From Eledone cirrhosa (lineage: Eukaryota), in the NCBI GenBank assembly GCA_964016885.1, contig OZ024753.1, positions 33,790,001 through 33,854,000 on the forward strand: DNA of 64,000 bases. Direction: 5' to 3'. This document shows, piece after piece, positions 56,504 through 64,000 of the stretch. The position numbers and the translations under genes were made by a program. Each line of letters opens with the position of its first letter. Within the stretch, counting starts at the first letter, position 1. The notes under the pieces were generated by a model. The model did not search any database. It was given only the letters and a program-made list of their open reading frames with translations, and was not told the DNA's origin.

Positions 56504-57411
56504 TATCCATGATTGCATTATCCAGTGTGGCCTTCCTGTATTACGCCAATTTAACAGAATCGTCGGTTCTCAATTATAACACTATAATTAATGAGTCTGA
56601 CTCTAAAAGACAACAGACAAAAATCAAAACGGAATTCCATAATTTAATTAACAAAACTCGGTAGCACTAATAACCCTTTGCACGGTCTCAGATACTAGAT
56701 GGAGAGGGTAATGGAAGAAGGGAGGATGAAAGGATGTTTTTTCTCAGAGAAGCGACCTTGCACGAATTCTTGAAAGAGAGTAGACCCAGCCAGGGCACAT
56801 ATGTTCTAGTTGGGGGTGTTAAACAAGGCGTCTAACACATCGTAAATGTAATGTATTGACTTAGTAATGAGAAACAAGAGAGAGGTGGGAGATATATAGT
56901 TATTTGGGAAGAGAAAGTAGATTTGATTATAGTTAGACCGAAGAGATTATATAGACGACAAACTCGTGATAACGAGAAAAACTGAAAAACATGAAAATTA
57001 GAGAAAAGTTAATGTAGGTTTGGGAATCAATTATACAAGTAGAAACAGTATAATAAAAAATAATATAGCTATAGGCTAAAATCGGGATAAGGAGGTGTGA
57101 TTTTATCTGCACAGCACGAATGTCTGTCCACAATAACAAAACAATGAAGAGAGATAACTTTAAGTGTTGCCTATACAATCACAACAATGAAATAAATAGC
57201 CACATTATTTCTGACTGCCGAGTATTTACTAAGTTGTATCTCACTACACGTTACTACAGCGGTTATGTCTATACATTACACTATTATTAGTTCTGTCTCA
57301 CGAACAAGCTGAAGCTAAATATGAAAAATTATGCTCTTTCTGTTCTACAGAGGACAGCTCTCACCTGCAGATTATATGATTCTAAAAAATAAATATTTCA
57401 TCATAAATAAT

Positions 57412-57598
57412 TGTTTCTACTTTAGGCACAAGGCCAGCAATTACCCAGTGCATTACTGGTACTTTATTTTATCGACCCCGTAAGGATGAAAGGCAAAGTC
57501 AACCTCGGCGGGATTTGAACTCAAATCATAAAGGGCCGTAACTCTATGCTGCAAAGCATGGTGTCCGACCCTCTACCGATACTGCCAATCCACCGCCC
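57412..57598 (-). mobile_element. Family-1 SINE with 17-bp TSD
   Basis: TSD atttcatcataaataat at 57395 and 57599. Confidence 0.92.
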
Positions 57599-58326
57599 AT
57601 TTCATCATAAATAATATTTGGTTTTCGTCATTGACCAAACTATTATTAATCATTAGCAGACAGGTCATGGTAATAGTAATGATAATTTTGTAACACTACT
57701 ACTAGTTATAATAATGGTTTGGGGAAACTTAGGTGTTATTTGTAATTAACTATTTGCTAAGAGCAAATCATCATAGTTACAGGCTTAACAATTCATATTA
57801 TCCATAGCTTAGTTTTCTTACGCCCACTTTCACCATTATTGTGGCTGTTCCATGATTTTAAAATCTTTGCTCACACCACTTTCTATGCTAATTATTTGAC
57901 ACGGCGATAAATGATTCAATTTTCATTAGCATATGGTTTCAGGATAAGTCAAAAGGTTAGCTGCGATAAATATTACTCCACCGTTATTGAAATAAATTCT
58001 ACACATCCAAGCAACATACTATTTGTTATTGCTTCGCTTTCAAATCCATTTATTCGATCTATGGTGGCGTTTGGCAATAAAATTCTTCAATTCTTCACCA
58101 CGTTTATGATAAATGGATTGCTATTGTCTAAATTATAGAAACCATTACAATTTCAAATCTCTTTAGAATACAGTAAGGTGGATTTTAAAGAGCAAGATAA
58201 ACAGACACATTTCTTGGATATTAATGATAGATTTGTGATTATACCCTGTCACAAGATAAGAGATGAAATAAATCTTTGGAAAGTTACTTATGTTTAATGA
58301 ACCAAACCGTTCCTACATAGAAATTG

Positions 58327-58505
58327 CAGACCGGCCAGCCTCTAAAAACCCAAACGGGAGTACCATGAACAAAAGGTGACCCAAAACGGGGAGGAATGAG
58401 ACAAAATGGGGGGATTTTACATTTTCATAAGAGAAAACATCTCTCACCCACCCAAAATATGGGTGGTAGATCTCCTCTGTCGGATGGGGAATGTTGACAG
58501 GTCTG
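58327..58505. mobile_element. MITE with 6-bp TSD (AAATTG), same family as 9094-9230
   Basis: cagaccggccagc ... gttgacaggtctg, flanked by aaattg on both sides. Confidence 0.75.
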
Positions 58506-58964
58506 AAATTGATAAAGCATGATGTAGGAAATCAAGACAATATAAAGGTGCTTACTATAAAATTGTCCAGTTTCCTTGATGTTGTAATGGTGATTTCAAG
58601 TTCTACGAAAATAGAGAATAAATAGGTATTCTTTACATTGATAAACTTAGTAAAGTTAAAGTCTGTTCTAAGCTGAATACTCACTAGGCTGATGCTGGGG
58701 GCACTTGTAGGGTAGGTAGACTTATGGTTGTATGCATTTTTAGTAAACATTCATTTTTTAGCCTTGTTGTGAAAGGTACTCATTGTGGTTAAGTAACATA
58801 ATGTACTCTCTAACTGCTTAATGAACTCAACCACAAGGATATGGTCCGAACGTGGAAGAGCCGCACTTCCACTGTCAACCCCTCCATATCTCTCGCCCTC
58901 CCCATCTCTCTGTATGGTGTGCAAATGAGGTCCCACGTGCTGGCATCCCCACAACCCCGGCGTT

Positions 58965-59088
58965 TCCGGCTGATGCTTATCCCCGGGTTCCTTGGCGTTA
59001 AACGACTGAGAGTACAAGCCTCCCTAGATAGGACGCCAGTCTATCAAATGTTTAGCTCCTCAGCTACTATTGGTACTCAGCTCAGCCG
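58965..59088 (-). mobile_element. SINE 3' fragment (family 2-related)
   Basis: Minus strand gactggcgtcctatctaggg..tactctcagtcgtttaacgcca matches 7937-7990. Confidence 0.55.
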
Positions 59089-59141
59089 TGTTTACTGTAA
59101 AAACAGTATGTGTGTAATATTTTCTTCTTAATGTTTTCTTG

Positions 59142-59242
<101 letters not shown>

Positions 59243-59908
59243 AATCTTCACCATCGACGAAATGAGATGAAATGAATAAGGATAATCAACTCATTATATA
59301 TCTTTTTAATATCAATTTACTTACAAAACATTAAAAACAAGCATAACAATTTCCTAAATTAGATTCGCAGATTTCACAGAATCCAAAATAAAAAAATAAT
59401 ATATTGACATTTAATACTATAATTTATAGCATAACCTTACGTAGGTTATAGATGTGCATTAAGATTTTCTTACGTCTCTTCTGCATTGCTGAACTGAACT
59501 TTATTCCTATTTCGTATCATTATAGCCATTGATGCAACTGTTGTTGTTTTTTTAATTTAATTTTAATACTAACATTAACACCATCATCATCATGAGAATG
59601 ATGATGGTGATCATTATTTATTATTACTATTATTATTATTATTATTATTATTATTACAGCTGCATTTATCTTGCTTTATGTTCATACGAGTTATCACCAA
59701 CTCGCAACCAGTGACCCCAAGAGACAACAAGGTCCGCCATGTTCAAGAAAGAACAGACATACACACACATTATTATTATTTATTATTAGTATTATTACTA
59801 TTACTATTACTATTCACTTTATGGTTCTCATTATGTTTTCTGATTGGGAAGGTTTTAAATTTATGTATTTAATTTATTTTATAGCGTTCCATTTAAATTT
59901 CGTTTTTC

Positions 59909-59911
<3 letters not shown>

Positions 59912-59998
<87 letters not shown>

Positions 59999-60022
59999 AG
60001 ATACATACATACATATATACAT

Positions 60023-60073
<51 letters not shown>

Positions 60074-60160
60074 AAGATACATACATACATATATACATTA
60101 TATATATATATGTATATATATATATTTATATATATACAAGATACATACATACATATATAC

Positions 60161-60212
<52 letters not shown>

Positions 60213-60569
60213 CTTTAGGATTTCTATTACTCTCAGCAGTAATTACTTTCTATACTTACATATATTCAATCCTTACACACACACTTACACCACATACATA
60301 TATGTGTGTATGTACGAATTTATGTATGCGTGGTTGGAGAAATGAGTGTATTCATGTATATATAATTTATATATATATATAATATACATATATATACACA
60401 TATATATATATATACATATACATATATATGTATATATATGTAAAAATACATATATATATATATATATATTTATATACATACATATATATACATATATATA
60501 CATACATATATATATATATATATACACATATATATATATATACATATATATACATATATATACATACAT

Positions 60570-60603
<34 letters not shown>

Positions 60604-60615
60604 ATATATACATAC

Positions 60616-60646
<31 letters not shown>

Positions 60647-60730
60647 CATACATATATATATATACATACATATATATACATATATATATATACATATATA
60701 TATATACATACATATATATATATACATACA
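59912..60730. repeat. TA/TACA microsatellite region
   Basis: Direct inspection; aagatacatacatacatatatacatta occurs three times. Confidence 0.9.
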
Positions 60731-62066
60731 TGGATTCCGTAATGGAAGGGATTGCCTGACGCAACTACTGCATCACTTTGATGACATTTTGAGAGCCTTG
60801 GGAGAGGGTTCCAACACTGATGTTATCTACCTTGATTTCAGCAAGGCCTTTGACAGGGTTGATCATAACATTCTACTGAGAAAGCTGTCCAATATTGGTG
60901 TCACTGGAAAGCTGCTGCAGTGGATCAAGAGCTTCCTGTCAAACAGAACCCAACATGTTGTAGTTGAGGGAGTCAAATCAAGCCCAGCCAAAGTCAGTAG
61001 TGGAGTCCCACAAGGCACTGTGTTGGGCCCACTTCTCTTCATCATCTATATTAATGACATCACTGACATCATCAAACACAGCAACATTAAAATTTTCGCT
61101 GATGATTCCAAGCTCCAAAAGGTCATCAATGGCGTGGATGACCGGATAAGCCTTCAGTCAGACCTACTGGCTGTTACCCAATGGGCAGAAAAGAACAACA
61201 TGTTACTGAACGAAGACAAATTCGAACTGATCCACTTTGGAAAAGAGGATGCTCTGAAACTCCCGTACTCCCTTCCCTCCGGGGAAACTCTCGTGGCATC
61301 TAACAACATCAGAGACTTGGGAGTAACCGTGGACAGCAACATAAGCTGGACCACGCATATAAGCAGCAAAGTTGACATGGCCCGCAGAATGTGTTCCTGG
61401 ATCCTCAGAACCTTCCAGTCGAGAGATTCCCGCACCATTATCCTTCTCTTCTCTACTTTCGCCCGACCACACCTTGAATACTGTTGTCCACTGTGGTCTC
61501 CCCACACGAAACAAAGTATCATGAAACTTGAAGCTCCTCAAAGGGCAATCACGAAAAAGATAGATGGCATGTCAGACCTTGACTACTGGGGTCGATTGGA
61601 AAACCTGAAACTTTACTCACTCCAACGTCGCCGTGAGCGTTATATTATCTGCATGATGTGGAAAATGTTCCATCATCACTGCCCAAATGATGTTGGCATC
61701 GCCTTCAAGATACACCCAAGGCTTGGGCCCCGTGCTATCCGTCCCATTCAAAAATCTAAATCGCAACTCATAACAACAATACGGCACAATTATTTCACCT
61801 CAATCGGCCCTGCTCTCTTCAACATCACACCAGGACACGTCAAAACAGAAACTGACCACACAAAATTCAAGAAGTCTTTGGACAAATTCCTCCAAGTAAT
61901 CCCGGACAAACCACCCACACCCGGATATGTCTCCGCAAACAGTAATTCTCTTCTCGAATGGGCCATGGTGCCCAAATCCTGAATTGAAAGACTTCGCCAG
62001 GTGGTGCTATTAAGTTAGACACGGCCTGGGCCAATACTGGCCAAAACATTTCAAAGTTATTCAAAG

Positions 62067-62068
<2 letters not shown>
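60729..62068 (+). mobile_element. 5'-truncated CR1/L2-group LINE; RT ORF remnant 60729-61982 without stops, 3' UTR ending in tandem ttcaaagtta
   Basis: [66 protein letters not shown]. Confidence 0.93.
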
Positions 62069-62163
<95 letters not shown>

Positions 62164-62242
62164 TATACATACATATATATATATATATACATACATATAT
62201 ATATATATACATATATATATATACATACATACATATATATAT

Positions 62243-62287
<45 letters not shown>

Positions 62288-62290
62288 CAC

Positions 62291-62339
<49 letters not shown>

Positions 62340-62397
62340 ATATACATATATATACACATATATATATACATATACATATATATGTATATATATATAT

Positions 62398-62444
<47 letters not shown>

Positions 62445-62704
62445 TATATACATACATATATATACATATAATACATATATATATATATATACATACATAT
62501 ATATATATATACATATATATACATATAATACATATATATATATATATATACATACATAGATATATATATACATACATATATATATACATATATATACATA
62601 TATATATATACATATATATATATATACATATATACATATATATATATGTATATATATATATGTATATATATATGTATATATATATGTATATATATATGTA
62701 TATA
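62069..62704. repeat. TA/TACA array
   Basis: Direct inspection. Confidence 0.95.
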
Positions 62705-63057
62705 TATACGAGAATGTTGAGGATGGCTCTGAACATTAATCAGTATACACTGAGGATGAAAAACTCAGAGCTGTATGGGAGCATCCCAAGAGTCAGCTCA
62801 AAAGTGACACAGAGGAGACTGAGGTTGGCTGGACATGCTCACCGTCATCCAGAGTTGACATTGCACTCAGTACTCCTTTGGGAGCCCCTACATGAACACA
62901 CTAGAAGAGGAAGACTAAGGTTAACATATGTTGATGCCCTAAGGACAGACACTGGTCTGTTGGAGATGCAGGATATGGCAGCGATAATGAGGGACAGAGA
63001 CCGCTGGAGAGAACTCGTCCATGGATGTCGGGAATTTTACCCGCCTTAGATAGATAG

Positions 63058-63063
<6 letters not shown>
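62705..63063 (+). mobile_element. 3' end of an RTE-clade LINE with (ATAG)n tail
   Basis: [39 protein letters not shown], stop at 63049. Confidence 0.85.
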
Positions 63064-63116
<53 letters not shown>

Positions 63117-63143
63117 AATATATATATATATACATACATATAT

Positions 63144-63332
63144 CAAACAGCACGGACACACTATCTCAAAATTATTTTTGAAAAGCATTTAGAAATGCGC
63201 AACCGGTAAAAACTTAAAAACTTAAAACCACAACTGAATACTAACCCATACAATCACTAATACTCTTTTATTCCTAATTAAACTATTTTTCAACTGTGAA
63301 CAATTTGTCAGCATTTTCTATTCCGTTTACCA
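63144..63332. mobile_element. Inverted copy of the 14331-14523 element
   Basis: Reverse-complement match. Confidence 0.8.
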
Positions 63333-63490
63333 ATATATAATAACTTGTGTGTTACACCTCTATTCTTTTAACTATATATATATATATATAAATTGAAACA
63401 AAATGAAAACGAAATTTCATTTCTCACTCTTAGTATGGCACTTACTTAAAGTATATATTTTCGAACGTTCAACTATCTGGCAGATGGGTA

Positions 63491-63535
63491 AACGGTGCTG
63501 ATGATAGCTAACAAGCTTGAAACTAGTACATCGTT
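63491..63535 (+). ncRNA. Minimal type-I hammerhead ribozyme with canonical core
   Basis: aacggtg-CTGATGA-t-agct-aaca-agct-t-GAAAC-ta-GTA-catcgtt; 7-bp stem I, palindromic ACTAGT stem III. Confidence 0.75.
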
Positions 63536-63771
63536 CCTGTGTCAGTGTTGAACAAAAAGGTGACGTGGTTGCCTTAACACCGTATGGCATAAATTCAGGC
63601 TGTTCAGTTTGTTTACAAACGAACAAAGCGACGTTAGCGCCGCTAAACTGATACGTGCATATATGTATGTGTACCTGTATGCATATGTATATATATATGT
63701 ATATATATATATATATGTGCATGCTACTGTACGTCTGTATACATATATGTATGTACGTATACATGCATACT

Positions 63772-63823
<52 letters not shown>

Positions 63824-64000
63824 TATATTTATATATCATAAATCATGTCTATAGAATCAGTCAGATATTAAAATATATACTATTTCTTCTTCTAATTAGC
63901 ATAATTAACCATATACAAAATCAAATCTAGCAAGCTTTAAGAATAAATTTTCTGACGGAGAAATCTCTGACAAACAATTGATCGTAGCCTCTTCGCGGCA

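Noticed and set aside
63446-63648. Minus-strand exon with GTAAGT donor and open frame
   Set aside because: Poor acceptor, unrecognisable peptide, and it overlaps the hammerhead-bearing segment.
63950-63985. Degenerate hammerhead-like strings (also ~41085-41117 and ~45300-45375)
   Set aside because: Core and stem I are not both satisfied; compatible with chance in AT-rich DNA.

Overview
Eukaryotic, very AT-rich, repeat-dominated DNA. The SINE and MITE families resemble those of octopod cephalopods (recalled, not database-checked). About a third of the window is kb-long degenerate (TA)n/(TACA)n arrays, which generate nearly all long 'ORFs' in the track (Y/I/H/T/M/C/V artefacts). Real coding sequence is transposon-derived: a near full-length Penelope-like element (RT + GIY-YIG, minus strand, ~16.7-21.4 kb) and 5'-truncated R4/Dong-like, CR1-like and RTE-like LINEs. 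Notable signals: (1) minimal or variant hammerhead ribozymes and fold-back ends on small TA-embedded elements, including both Penelope pseudo-LTRs, which show compensatory stem changes; (2) a 13 x 199-bp tandem array made of a tRNA-derived SINE plus its TSD, with a 398-bp higher-order dimer; (3) SINE TSDs that all begin with ATTAT; (4) a MITE family with 6-bp TSDs; (5) low-confidence minus-strand host exons near 4.8-9.8 kb.
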